A stretch of 64,000 bases of DNA from assembly GCA_023459875.1 (NCBI GenBank), contig JAEWRY010000028.1:1-64000 (forward strand), read 5' to 3'. How positions within the stretch are numbered: the stretch's first letter is position 1; every line of letters begins with the position of its first letter. The notes under the pieces are model-generated. The model made no database searches and was not told the origin of the DNA. It saw only the letters and a program-made list of their open reading frames with translations. This document shows positions 16,111-26,245 of this stretch, piece by piece. A program made the translations under genes and the position numbers. Origin of the DNA: Bacillota bacterium (GTDB taxonomy: Bacteria > Bacillota > Clostridia > Oscillospirales > Oscillospiraceae).

Positions 16111-16773
16111 ATGAATTTGTCCACGTTTTTTGATTTGACTTACGGAATGTTCCTTTTGGGCAGCGTGAAGGACGGAAAGCCGACGGGCTGTATTGTCAAC
16201 ACGGCCGTCCAGATCTCCAGCAAACCGCCCCTTCTGTCGGTCAGCGTGAGCCACAACAACTATACGAACAGTGTGATCAAGGAGTCCGGGCTGGCCTCAG
16301 TGAATATTTTGGCCCAGGGCGTCTCCATGGACGTCATCCGGACCTTCGGGTTCCAATCCGGCCGGGACACGGACAAGTTCGCGGGTGTGCCTTATATCCA
16401 GACGCCCGATGGTTTGCCCGTTCTGGAAGACGGCATCTGCGGCTGGTTTGAGTGTAAGGTAAGGGATACTGTGGAGCTGCCGGACTACACGCTGTTTATT
16501 CTGGAAGTCTTTGAGTGCGACCGGTTGGGAGAGCGTGTGGCCCCTATGACTTACGCTTACTACCAGATGGTGAAGAAGGGCGGCGTGCCAAAGAACGCTC
16601 CCGCGCACACCCTGCCCGAGGAAGAGGGTGGCCGTGCCGCCGGGCCGAAATACGTTTGTTCCGTTTGCGGCTATGAGTACGACAATTCCCAGGGCCCCTT
16701 CGAGTTTCTTCCCCCCGATTGGAAGTGCCCCCGCTGCGGCGCCCCCAAGTCGGCCTTTGTCGTAAAAACCTGA
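16111..16773 (+). CDS. Flavin reductase-like (FMN-binding split barrel) domain fused to rubredoxin (high-molecular-weight rubredoxin type).
   Basis: AAAGGAGTG RBS. C-terminus carries CSVCGYEYD and CPRCGAPK, the canonical rubredoxin CxxCG pairs. Confidence 0.8.
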   Translation: MNLSTFFDLTYGMFLLGSVKDGKPTGCIVNTAVQISSKPPLLSVSVSHNNYTNSVIKESGLASVNILAQGVSMDVIRTFGFQSGRDTDKFAGVPYIQTPDGLPVLEDGICGWFECKVRDTVELPDYTLFILEVFECDRLGERVAPMTYAYYQMVKKGGVPKNAPAHTLPEEEGGRAAGPKYVCSVCGYEYDNSQGPFEFLPPDWKCPRCGAPKSAFVVKT

Positions 16774-16871
16774 TGGGGCAGGCGGCCGCTCACAACAGAA
16801 GCAAATATATCAATTGAAAAGTCGTTCGCGTTTTTATAACTCATATCAGGCGAATCGCCGGCTTCAGCGAA

Positions 16872-16910
16872 AATCCTTAGAACCCGCAGGGTTCTAAGGA
16901 TTTTTTTATT
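16872..16910. terminator. Bidirectional intrinsic terminator between convergent genes.
   Basis: ATCCTTAGAACCC-gca-GGGTTCTAAGGAT stem, flanked by an A-run on the left and TTTTTTTATTT on the right. Confidence 0.7.
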
Positions 16911-16978
16911 TCGGGTCCGACGATATCGACAATGGCAATGCCGCACTAGCCTCATAATTTCAGGGATAACCGGCAACC

Positions 16979-17557
16979 CTACAAAACCGCCATCGTCACG
17001 GAGATGCCGGCCATGACAAGGGGTAAGATAATCAGCGGAACCATACCGTCGATATAACCCGCGGTTAGCTCCAGCCGGTAATACAGCACATAGCAGATCA
17101 GACTGATCACCGCCGCAAACCCGATCACAACGCTCAGAATGACTGCCGCTTTGAGCCCAAACCGGCCTGCCCCATAGAGCGCGTCGATCTCCGACATCTC
17201 CATCATGGCCCAGCCGACGATCAGGATCAGTTCCGTCGTCACCTGCCGCTTGAAGAATAAGCTGGTAACCGCCAGCAGGACGAAGTATGCGGCAATCCCG
17301 CCCCATAGGATGGAATTCGTCGGAAACAGCTTTGCCTCATGAGGAATGGCACGCATTCCCTTTACTGTCAGCACCACGGCGGCGATTCCCGCCGCCGTGG
17401 CCGCGGCAAGCAGCAGTCCGGTTTGAAGCCCCTTGGATGGCGTATTGGGGTGAAAGGCCACGATCCACCACGCGAGATAAAATAAGCAGCAGACCATGAG
17501 CAGAATATTTCCCCAAAACAGTTCCCAGGTATGTAGATTAAAATTCATAAACGACAT
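16979..17557 (-). CDS. Polytopic membrane protein, hypothetical.
   Basis: ORF 16979..17566. ATG at 17557. About 6 hydrophobic segments. Weak RBS. Confidence 0.5.
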   Translation of the reverse strand: MSFMNFNLHTWELFWGNILLMVCCLFYLAWWIVAFHPNTPSKGLQTGLLLAAATAAGIAAVVLTVKGMRAIPHEAKLFPTNSILWGGIAAYFVLLAVTSLFFKRQVTTELILIVGWAMMEMSEIDALYGAGRFGLKAAVILSVVIGFAAVISLICYVLYYRLELTAGYIDGMVPLIILPLVMAGISVTMAVL

Positions 17558-17755
17558 GTTTACCACCCTGCATTCAAACGTACAAACTAAATGGGTTATT
17601 AGGTTGTATGGATAACAAGCAGTTCACCGTTTATAACATTTTGCGAATAAAAAACATAATGGACAGCCGACGCCCATCATAATATTGGTACTTATCTTCT
17701 GTTTCGACATACTGAAAATCATAAACATGATGGGAAGTAATCTGATAAAAGTATA

Positions 17756-18667
17756 TTAAACAGTCTTGCCTCTAATATATATTGGGTTTTCCGTGTCACT
17801 ATTTTCAAAAACAACTTCAGTGGTAGCATTGCATTCATCACATTTCAAGTATAACTTTTGTACAATGCCGTTTTCATCTGAAGCATCACCATTTATTGTT
17901 AATTTTTTGCTTTTACATACTGAACATTTATACTGTGAAATCGGATCGTACACTTTTTGTACTATATTTTCGTAGACTCCAACCAGAGATGTGCATAACA
18001 TTACACAAGTTGACGCTTCGTAAAATGTAGTGCTACTTGAATGTGTTGTTTTATTAATGTATTCCCATGTAGATTCTGTCAATTTTTTTATTATACTTCG
18101 ATAATCGGCGTTTTCAGAACCAATTAAATAAAATTGAATAAAAAGCTCAGATTTTCTCTTAAAGTTAGACTCTTGAGGCTGTTCATGTGCATCAGCCATA
18201 GTTGGATTATAAATATAATTTCCAAGCTCAATAAGTATTTCTCTGCATTGAACTCCTAACGACTGGAAGTCCTCGATTTCTTTAGCAGTATCTATTAATA
18301 AAGCAACATTTTTTAGCTTTCTCAGAAGCTGCGGGGCAATCTCTGCCCCCAGAGTTACTCTACGCACAAAAGCGTCTGGGTTGTACTTGTCATGAGAAGC
18401 ACTCATTCTTTGCATCAATCCCATGTGAAACGAATAAACCTCATCTGCCCCAAAATAATAGGCACTCTGCGGATATAAGTTCATTGGAACAGTGTCACCC
18501 TCTACTACCCACCAGTCTCCGTCTGTATCTGTTTTAACATTCCAAACGCAAACCGCTACTCCGAGATCATCAAAATTGTGTTCTGGCTTTGCACTTAAAA
18601 CTTTGCACTTATCTTGGCTTTGCCATTCAACATATTTTTTTACATCCTCAAATGTGCGTTCACCCAT
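17756..18667 (-). CDS. Hypothetical protein on the low-GC island, with a C-terminal Zn ribbon (CSVCKSKK...CDECN).
   Basis: GGGAGGA RBS, spacing 7. AT-rich codon usage, unlike the neighbouring genes. 13 nt downstream of the 319-aa gene. Confidence 0.6.
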   Translation of the reverse strand: MGERTFEDVKKYVEWQSQDKCKVLSAKPEHNFDDLGVAVCVWNVKTDTDGDWWVVEGDTVPMNLYPQSAYYFGADEVYSFHMGLMQRMSASHDKYNPDAFVRRVTLGAEIAPQLLRKLKNVALLIDTAKEIEDFQSLGVQCREILIELGNYIYNPTMADAHEQPQESNFKRKSELFIQFYLIGSENADYRSIIKKLTESTWEYINKTTHSSSTTFYEASTCVMLCTSLVGVYENIVQKVYDPISQYKCSVCKSKKLTINGDASDENGIVQKLYLKCDECNATTEVVFENSDTENPIYIRGKTV

Positions 18668-18680
18668 AATAGGGTCCTCC

Positions 18681-19640
18681 CTAAAATCGTCTATAGCGTT
18701 CTAACAAAGTTTGTATTTTTTCTCCATCAATAAAGATGAGATTGTTCTTCAAGGGGTAGTCTGTGATACCTTCTATAATTTTTTCAATTGCGTTTAGGGT
18801 GAACTTTCCGGATACAGCAATAATGAGTTTTGAAATTCTAACTCTATTTCGGGAATAAACATCGTAAAAAGGCATCTTAAATGCATCAATTGCTTGAGCA
18901 ACCAATTCATTCACATCACCGCTAGCACCACCGGAAACATCGCCATATTTTACTTGAACGCCATAATATTCATATTCATCAAACTCTGATCGTCTAGAAA
19001 AAGTTATATCTTTTCCATACTCTTTGTTTCCATGATTGTACTTCACATTAGAAAAGCCTAAATTACGGAATAGCGGGAGTAGTATTTTTATCGTAAAGTC
19101 ACTCTCTTTGTTGCAGTTTTTTATTTTTTCAAACGGTGAACCTAGAGCGATATCCGTGGCACCATCTATTTCAGCATATGTTTGATCGATAGCCTGTAGC
19201 AACTCTTTGAATGTTCCCACTTCAACTTCACAAGAGTAGACTAAGCTGATATATGCTCCATCATCGTCAAATTGTTCAAGGTTAATATCACCTAAGTTTT
19301 TGTTCCTGTCCAAAATAATATCTCGCCTTGTTTCCATCCAAAGCTTTAAGCCAACAGGTGCGTCCCAGTATTTTCTTGTCATTGTTTCATCAAAGGAGAC
19401 GTTGAACTTATTCTTGGAAAGTAGTGTACACCTTGTTGGGACATTGTGTGTCATGATAACATTCTCACTAATATCGTCACACAACTCGATGGTTATTCCT
19501 TGTGGGAAATCGTCAATATTCTGTTCAAGCAAGGCGCGTATTGGAATGATAATCAGGTTATCCTCTTCCGTGTCAAAATGCTCACCATCTATAATAATTG
19601 CGCAAAGATCCTTCTCTTCATAAACAACTTCAACGCTCAC
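18681..19640 (-). CDS. Protein with a C-terminal Mrr-like (PD-(D/E)xK) restriction-endonuclease domain and an unknown N-terminal domain; GTG start.
   Basis: C-terminal pattern ...LLPLFRNLGFSNV...EYGKDITF...YYGVQVKYGD...IIAVSGKFTLNAIE...LIFIDGEKIQTLL parallels Mrr_cat (GxDGGIDi...QcK...TtssFT...lidgeeL). GGAGGGG RBS, spacing 4. Low GC. Confidence 0.55.
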   Translation of the reverse strand: MSVEVVYEEKDLCAIIIDGEHFDTEEDNLIIIPIRALLEQNIDDFPQGITIELCDDISENVIMTHNVPTRCTLLSKNKFNVSFDETMTRKYWDAPVGLKLWMETRRDIILDRNKNLGDINLEQFDDDGAYISLVYSCEVEVGTFKELLQAIDQTYAEIDGATDIALGSPFEKIKNCNKESDFTIKILLPLFRNLGFSNVKYNHGNKEYGKDITFSRRSEFDEYEYYGVQVKYGDVSGGASGDVNELVAQAIDAFKMPFYDVYSRNRVRISKLIIAVSGKFTLNAIEKIIEGITDYPLKNNLIFIDGEKIQTLLERYRRF

Positions 19641-20107
19641 ATAACCCCTCCATAATAGCCGTCAAAACACATTACATAATTTTTATATAAACTTAACTTC
19701 GCATAATTGCTATAATGAAAAACATCCTGAATAATCGGTTCACATTAAGCCGTTAATGTTTTCTATATTATACCGCGAGAGCTTCCACAAAACAACAAAA
19801 TGGCAAATAATATCCTAAATCCCCCTCCGTATATGGCCGAAGGCCAATATGGTTTAGCTTACCGCCAGGTGTGCAAAGGTTCCTCGCGTCATGCCCGGGA
19901 TGACGCTGCCCTCCCGTTTCTTAAGCTGTCCTCCCTGCGGCCGCAGGGGGGTTATTGTTTTTTCCCGTTTTTTCCGCACCGCCCTTACAAATTAACGGAA
20001 ACGGCAAAAACCGAGACATATTTGCGGGGCAAGCCTAATACATCTATCCATGACAGCGGGACTACCTTTCCCTTAGCAAAATTTAAGATTTTCGGGAGGA
20101 AGAAAGA

Positions 20108-21184
20108 ATGGGACAGAAGAAAATCAGGCTTGCCCTCATGGGCGTGGGCAATTGCTCCGCCTCTTTGGTGGAAGGCATCCAGTTTTATAAAAACGAGGAG
20201 ATCGCCGGAAAGTACGGGGGCCTGATGCACTACGACGTTGGCGGCTATGAGCCGGGAGATATCCAGGTTGTACTGGGATTCGACATCGATTCCAAAAAGG
20301 TGGGCAGGGACGTGAGCGAGGCCATCCGGGAAAAGCCCAACTGTGCCTTTAAAATTGCGGATGTGCCCTTCCTGGACGCACCCGTCCTGAGAGGACCCAC
20401 CCTGGATGGTGCGCCGGAGCATCTGCGCCATTACTACGGCAAGGAGTATTACTCTGTTGACGATAACCAGGAGCCCGCCGATGTAGTCCAGGCCCTCGTC
20501 GATTACAAGGTGGACATCATTCTCATTAACCTGCCCACCGGCTCGGCCCAGGCCGCCCGTTTCTACGTGGACTGCGCCAAAAAAGCGGGATGCGGCGTTG
20601 TGAACGGCATCCCCGAATTTCTCGCCTCCGACCCCGCCGTTGCCGCCGGCTGCGCCGAGGCGGGCATCCCCATTTTGGGGGATGACTGGAAGTCCCAGAT
20701 CGGCGCCACCATCATCCACAGGGCCCTGGCAAAGCTCTTCGAGGACCGGGGTATCCGCATCGACAAGTCCTACCAGCTCAACTTTGCGGGCAACACCGAC
20801 TTTATTAATCTGGTGATGCGCGGCGAGAGCAAGCACGTCTCCAAGCACGACGCCATCTCCTCCATTCTGCAGAATAAGGACACGAAAATCGCCCCGGGCT
20901 TTGCCTTCGTGGACAACCAGGGCGACCAGAAAACCGCCCAAATCTACATGGAAGGGGCCAAGTTCGGAAACGCCCCGGTGAAGCTTCTCCTCCATCTGGA
21001 GGTGGAGGACTCCCCCAACTCAGGCGGCATTTCCATCGACGCGGTGCGCTGCTGCATGCTGGCCAGGGAGCGCGGCATCTCAGGCGCCGTCATTGAGCCT
21101 TCCTCCTATTTCTTCAAGCACCCGCCCGTGCAGTACATCGACGAGGTCTGCAAGGAGAAGGTCGACGCGTTTATCCGGGGATAG
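20108..21184 (+). CDS. ino1: myo-Inositol-1-phosphate synthase (inositol-3-phosphate synthase) family.
   Basis: GGGAGG RBS. 358 aa, size and motifs of the bacterial/archaeal MIPS family (N-terminal NAD-binding MGVGNCSASLVEG, ...NGIPEFLASD...). Confidence 0.7.
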   Translation: MGQKKIRLALMGVGNCSASLVEGIQFYKNEEIAGKYGGLMHYDVGGYEPGDIQVVLGFDIDSKKVGRDVSEAIREKPNCAFKIADVPFLDAPVLRGPTLDGAPEHLRHYYGKEYYSVDDNQEPADVVQALVDYKVDIILINLPTGSAQAARFYVDCAKKAGCGVVNGIPEFLASDPAVAAGCAEAGIPILGDDWKSQIGATIIHRALAKLFEDRGIRIDKSYQLNFAGNTDFINLVMRGESKHVSKHDAISSILQNKDTKIAPGFAFVDNQGDQKTAQIYMEGAKFGNAPVKLLLHLEVEDSPNSGGISIDAVRCCMLARERGISGAVIEPSSYFFKHPPVQYIDEVCKEKVDAFIRG

Positions 21185-21213
21185 AACCCCGTACCGGGAG
21201 GCGGAGAGAAAAG

Positions 21214-22167
21214 ATGAATTGGAGAACGCGTTTTTCCGCTGCGGAGAAAAAAGTCGATATCGTCGTCATCGGAACGATTCTAAAGGAAATTGTACACTTC
21301 CCCGACGGCCGCGAAATCGGGCCGGTCATCGGGAGCCCGGTGGCGTATTCCAGCCTGGTCATGGCCGCTCAGGGCGTGAACGTGGGCATTGTCACCTATT
21401 ACGGCGGCGATATGCCCGAAATCATCGGAGAGCTGGACATGCTCGACAGGCGCAACATGATGCCCTGGGAGCACACGACCACCAATATGCTCATGTACCG
21501 GGAGGATGGGACAAAGTACATAAATTATATCAAGAAAGCTCCCCCGATCCGCTACCGGGATATCTGCCGCGCCTTCCGGGCCTGCCGGTATTTCAAAATC
21601 TGCCCCATGGACTACGAGGTGGAACCCAAGCTGGCGAGACGTTTGTATCGCGAGGGCAAAACGGTTTTCGTGGACCTTGGGGGATACGGCGGCGCCACCA
21701 GCGACGTGCGCTACTCGGTGGAGGACGCCTACGGATACAAGGTCGTCTCCACGCTCTGCAAAAACAGCACCATTGTCAAGGCCAGCCAGGAGGATTTGGC
21801 CTCCATCGTCCCCGGAAGAACCGCCGAAGAGGCGGCCCGGTACCTGCTGGAGCTGGGGGCGCGCACCGCCGTCGTCACCTGCGGCGGCAGCGGTGCCTTT
21901 TACAGCCAGGCGGGACGGGAACCCGTCTGGTTCAGGCCCTTCAAAGCCGTGAGCGAGGAGGCAAACGGCAAACTGGATATGACCGGAGCCGGGGACTCCT
22001 TCGGGGGAGGCTTTATGGCGTCCTACATCCAAAACGGCGATATAAACGCCGCCATGGCAAACGGCAACTGCACCGCCTCCCTGGTGATTCAGCGTTCGGG
22101 CGGCTGCACCTTCAAGCGGATGCCCACCCGGGAGCGCATCGCCCGCCGTGCGGCGACGGGGGAGTAG
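21214..22167 (+). CDS. PfkB-family carbohydrate kinase (ribokinase-like).
   Basis: C-terminal signature DMTGAGDSFGGGF (DTxGAGD). Confidence 0.8.
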   Translation: MNWRTRFSAAEKKVDIVVIGTILKEIVHFPDGREIGPVIGSPVAYSSLVMAAQGVNVGIVTYYGGDMPEIIGELDMLDRRNMMPWEHTTTNMLMYREDGTKYINYIKKAPPIRYRDICRAFRACRYFKICPMDYEVEPKLARRLYREGKTVFVDLGGYGGATSDVRYSVEDAYGYKVVSTLCKNSTIVKASQEDLASIVPGRTAEEAARYLLELGARTAVVTCGGSGAFYSQAGREPVWFRPFKAVSEEANGKLDMTGAGDSFGGGFMASYIQNGDINAAMANGNCTASLVIQRSGGCTFKRMPTRERIARRAATGE

Positions 22168-22252
22168 GGGAGTGAGACCCAACCGGGGTGGGACGAAAAC
22201 CGGAAACCCCCAGGACTATCTGAAAACATAAAGGAATAAAGGAGGAAATCGT

Positions 22253-23428
22253 ATGGCACAAATCGGCGTAGGCATCATCGGCGCGGGCTCCATTGCCGAC
22301 ATCGGCCACTGCCCGTCCATTCGGGCCCTTCCCAACGCGAAGCTTGTGGCCCTGTGCGACTCCAATGAGGAGATCCTCGGGAGGATGGCGAAGAAGTGGG
22401 AACCGGAAAAGACATATTCCAATTATGAAGACCTGCTGGAGGACAAGGACATCGAGGCGGTGATCATCGCCTCGCCCAACCGCTTCCACGCCCAGCAGGC
22501 CATCGACGCCATGCGGGCGAAGAAAAACGTCATTGTGGAAAAGCCCTTTGCCTGCACCCACGAAGAGGCCTGGAAGATGGTGGAGGTCTGCCACAAAGAG
22601 GGCGTGCTCCTCATGGCGGGCACCAACCAGCGTTTCTGGGCGCAGAACATCATTGCGCACGACCTGATTTCAGACGGCTTCATCGGAAAACCCATGATGG
22701 GCCGCTCCTCCCTGCATGAGAGCTGGAACCTCTACCATGAGCAGCTTTCCTTCACCGATTTCCGCGCGAAGCCCTTCGAGGCCGGCGCGGGCGCGCTCTT
22801 CGACCTGGGCGCCCACAGGACCGATCTGCTTATCTACCTCATGAACGCCATGCCCAAACGTGTGGTCGGCATGATCAAGCGCCTTGTGACGCCGGAGGAG
22901 TACACCCCCCTGGACGACTCCTTCTGGATCATGATTGAGTTCGACAACGGAGCCACCGGTATCGTGAGCGGCGACCGGTACTCCCCGGCGGTCTCCAATA
23001 TCTCGGAAGTGTACGGCAGCGACGGCACCATCTTTACCGGCTCCGAGGCCACGAACCCCTTTCAGAGCGCGCCGCTGGCCGTCTTCACCAGCAAGAACTT
23101 CCGCCAGGAGGAGCTGCCCGCCATCATCAAGGATTACCGCTATCCCCAGCTCTTCTGGTCCGAGGATATCATGCAGCCCGACGGCTTTGTCCCTAAGCGC
23201 TGGGTGCCTGTCTACCCGCCCCGGGGCTGGGCCTACAAGTCCATGCTGGAGCACTTCCTGGACTGCATAGAAAAGGGCGTGACCCCCTCCCTGACGCCCG
23301 AGGTCAGCGCCATGGTGACAGACGTGCTCATCGGCGCGTACAAATCCATGGAGACTGGGTCCTGGGTCGATCTGCCCCTCACCGAGGAATATATCGTCCC
23401 GGGCTACAGCGCCCCCGGTATCCGCTGA
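22253..23428 (+). CDS. Gfo/Idh/MocA-family NAD(P)-dependent oxidoreductase (inositol-dehydrogenase-like).
   Basis: N-terminal Rossmann IGVGIIGAGSIA and EKP motif VIVEKPFA. GGAGG RBS. Confidence 0.85.
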   Translation: MAQIGVGIIGAGSIADIGHCPSIRALPNAKLVALCDSNEEILGRMAKKWEPEKTYSNYEDLLEDKDIEAVIIASPNRFHAQQAIDAMRAKKNVIVEKPFACTHEEAWKMVEVCHKEGVLLMAGTNQRFWAQNIIAHDLISDGFIGKPMMGRSSLHESWNLYHEQLSFTDFRAKPFEAGAGALFDLGAHRTDLLIYLMNAMPKRVVGMIKRLVTPEEYTPLDDSFWIMIEFDNGATGIVSGDRYSPAVSNISEVYGSDGTIFTGSEATNPFQSAPLAVFTSKNFRQEELPAIIKDYRYPQLFWSEDIMQPDGFVPKRWVPVYPPRGWAYKSMLEHFLDCIEKGVTPSLTPEVSAMVTDVLIGAYKSMETGSWVDLPLTEEYIVPGYSAPGIR

Positions 23429-23503
23429 TTCCTTCCCTTATGCGCCGCCATCCGCACAAACCTCAGGGTGGTTCATTAATAAGATTTTTGAGGAGGTAAA
23501 GAA

Positions 23504-24598
23504 ATGAAGAAAATAATCGCGCTGTCTCTGGCCCTTGCGCTGGCGCTCGGGCTCTGCGCCTGCGGCTCCAGCACCCCCGCCGCCTCGCCCGCGGCTTCCC
23601 CTACGGCTTCCGCAGCCCCCACCGCGACCGCCAAGCCCATTGTGACCGGGCTCATCGGCTTCTCTTTCCCCACCAGCAACAACGAATTCTGGCAGTACTG
23701 CATCAACTACTTTGAGGAAGCCTGCAAGCAGCTCGGCTGCGAGGGTTACTACGACGACTGCAACAACGACACCGCCGAGCAGCTCACCGATGTGGAGGCC
23801 ATGATCTCCAAGGGAATCAAAGCGCTGATCCTGGCGCCCCAGGACAGCTCCGTATGCGCGGGTATCTGCGGTATCTGCGCCAAGGCCGGTATCCCCGTGG
23901 TCATCATCGACCGCACCCCCAGCAATGACGTGACAGTCGGCAAGGATTACATCACCTTCATCGGACCCGACGACGAAACCTGCGGCTACAACCAGGCCGT
24001 CGCGCTCATCAAGGCGGGGGCCACCAAGCTCGTGGCCATCGTGGGCTACAAGGGCACCTCCGTGGCCGAGGGCCGCTACGCCGGACTCCAGAAGGCGCTC
24101 AAGGAATATCCCAACGTGAAGCTCCTGGGCGAGGAGTGGCCGGGCGAAAATCAGGACGAGGGCGACCAGGCCTTCCGCAACCTCTACTCGGCCTATCCCG
24201 ATCTGAACGGCGTCTGGTGTTATAACGACTCCCACGGCCTGGCCGTAGCAAACGTGAAGCAGGAATACGGCATTCAGGCTAAAGTAGTTTCCGGCGGCAT
24301 GGACGGCCTGTCCCCCGCTGTGGACGCCATTAAGGCAGGAACCATGTCCCTCACCTCCGGCGGCCACTACATGATGCCCGCCATGGCAGCCGTCATCCTC
24401 TTCGACGCCATGAACGGCGTGAAGTACGACGGCGCCGCAGCCACCAAGCTGACCCTCATGGTCATCACCAAGGACACCGCCGACGATTATCTGAAGAACT
24501 ACATCAACAGCACCGAGACCATCGACTGGGCCTCCAGAAGCAAGACGCTCAACGCCGGCGCCGTGTACGATTTCGCCACCCTCTTCAGCAAGAAGTAA
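23504..24598 (+). CDS. Sugar ABC transporter substrate-binding lipoprotein (PBP type I).
   Basis: Signal peptide plus lipobox LGLCAC, Ala/Pro/Ser-rich linker. GGAGG RBS. Confidence 0.85.
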   Translation: MKKIIALSLALALALGLCACGSSTPAASPAASPTASAAPTATAKPIVTGLIGFSFPTSNNEFWQYCINYFEEACKQLGCEGYYDDCNNDTAEQLTDVEAMISKGIKALILAPQDSSVCAGICGICAKAGIPVVIIDRTPSNDVTVGKDYITFIGPDDETCGYNQAVALIKAGATKLVAIVGYKGTSVAEGRYAGLQKALKEYPNVKLLGEEWPGENQDEGDQAFRNLYSAYPDLNGVWCYNDSHGLAVANVKQEYGIQAKVVSGGMDGLSPAVDAIKAGTMSLTSGGHYMMPAMAAVILFDAMNGVKYDGAAATKLTLMVITKDTADDYLKNYINSTETIDWASRSKTLNAGAVYDFATLFSKK

Positions 24599-24689
24599 AC
24601 TGAAAACTTATAACACAGCGGAGCCCCCGGCCCCCCAGACCCCCCCCGCCGCCCCCGGATGGAGTACGGCGGGATTGGGAGGATCGCAG

Positions 24690-26192
24690 ATGGATAACAC
24701 AGTGGTGCTCAAGGGAATTAAAAAATACTTTCCCGGAACAAAGGCGCTCGACTGGGACGAGGAAGACACGGCCCAGTTCCGCGCCGGTGAAATCCACGGC
24801 CTGGTGGGGGAGAACGGGGCGGGGAAATCCACCCTCTTTCAGGTGCTCATGGGTATTTACGACAAGACCGCCGGGGAGATGACCCTCTTCGGCGAGCCGT
24901 ATGACCCCAAGAACCCGCTGGATGCCGAGAAGGCCGGAATCTCCATCATTATGCAGGTTCCGAACTTTGCCTCCAACCTCACCGTGGCCGAAAACATTTT
25001 CCTGGGGCAGGACGGCAAATTCACCAGATTCGGCGTGATCGACTGGAAGGAGCAAAACAAGGCTGCGGCCCGGGTTTTAGAAAAATGCCATTTTGAACAC
25101 ATAAAGCCCACCGACGTGTTGGAGAACCTCTCCTTTGAGGAGAGAAAGCAGGTGGAGATCGCCCGCGCCCTCTCCCTGGACCCCAGGGTGCTGCTGGTAG
25201 ACGAGACCTCGGCGGCCGTTTCCAAGGACAGCGTGGAGTCCCTTTACGAGCTCCTGCGGGAGCAGCGGGACAAGGGAGTCGCCGTCGTCTACATATCACA
25301 CTTCATCGACGAGGTCCACGCCCTGTGCGACCGGGTGACCGTCCTGCGGGACGGAAGGCTGGTGGACAAGATGAACGTGGCGGAGACCACCGAGCAGATG
25401 ATCATCAACAGCATGGTGGGGCGCGACATCTCCGCGTCCAGCTACCGCTCGGAGGAGAGTAGTTCCATCGGGGAGGTCATGCTCAGGGTGAAGGATTTCA
25501 CTATGGAACCAAGCTTCCGGAATATTAATTTGAATGTTCGGGCCGGGGAAATCGTCGGCATCGCCGGGATCGGCGGATGCGGATCCGAGGATTTTGTCCG
25601 CGCCATATTCGGATATGAGACCGTTAAGTCAGGGGAAATGATCTATAAAGGAAAATCTCACATTATGAAATCTCCCTGCGAGGCCATTGCCTGCAACATC
25701 GGCTACATTCCCAAGGACAGGGACGGCGAAGGTTTGTTCCTCCTCTACGACCTCATCTGGAACATCTCCTCGGCCAAGGTGAAGACCCGCGCCAGAAAGG
25801 GTATAGTGGACCTGAAGGGGGAGAAGTCGGAGGCGAGGGACGCCGTGGAGGAATACCGGATCAAGACTCCCGGCATAAACACGCATCTCGAGGACCTGAG
25901 CGGCGGCAACAAGCAGAAGGTGGTCATCGCCAAATGGATCAAAAACAACTCCGACCTGCTCATGGCATGCTCGCCCACCCGGGGCGTGGACGTGGGAGTC
26001 AAGTACGAGATCTACAAATTCCTGGAACTCCAGAAAAACGAGGGCAAGGCCATCCTGCTCACCTCGGACGAGCTTCCCGAGCTCATCGGTATGTGCGACC
26101 GCATCTACACCTTCAAAAACGGAGAGGTTACCTGCGAATTTTGCAGGATGGACGGCTTCACCGAGGAGGCCATCCTTTCCAGGATGGTCTGA
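24690..26192 (+). CDS. Sugar ABC transporter ATP-binding protein, two fused ATPase domains (RbsA/MglA-like).
   Basis: Walker A GENGAGKST, signature LSGGNKQKV. GGGAGG RBS. ATG is internal to ORF 24675... Confidence 0.9.
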   Translation: MDNTVVLKGIKKYFPGTKALDWDEEDTAQFRAGEIHGLVGENGAGKSTLFQVLMGIYDKTAGEMTLFGEPYDPKNPLDAEKAGISIIMQVPNFASNLTVAENIFLGQDGKFTRFGVIDWKEQNKAAARVLEKCHFEHIKPTDVLENLSFEERKQVEIARALSLDPRVLLVDETSAAVSKDSVESLYELLREQRDKGVAVVYISHFIDEVHALCDRVTVLRDGRLVDKMNVAETTEQMIINSMVGRDISASSYRSEESSSIGEVMLRVKDFTMEPSFRNINLNVRAGEIVGIAGIGGCGSEDFVRAIFGYETVKSGEMIYKGKSHIMKSPCEAIACNIGYIPKDRDGEGLFLLYDLIWNISSAKVKTRARKGIVDLKGEKSEARDAVEEYRIKTPGINTHLEDLSGGNKQKVVIAKWIKNNSDLLMACSPTRGVDVGVKYEIYKFLELQKNEGKAILLTSDELPELIGMCDRIYTFKNGEVTCEFCRMDGFTEEAILSRMV

Positions 26193-26245
26193 GCCCGGGA
26201 GAGTCACTTTTTCAGCGGAATCGGAAAAAGAAAGGACTGCTACAT

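Noticed and set aside
19800-20225. Listed 141-aa ORF in the ino1 leader.
   Set aside because: No RBS, it overlaps the true ino1 start at 20108, and the composition is typical of non-coding leader. ino1 has a clear GGGAGG RBS.
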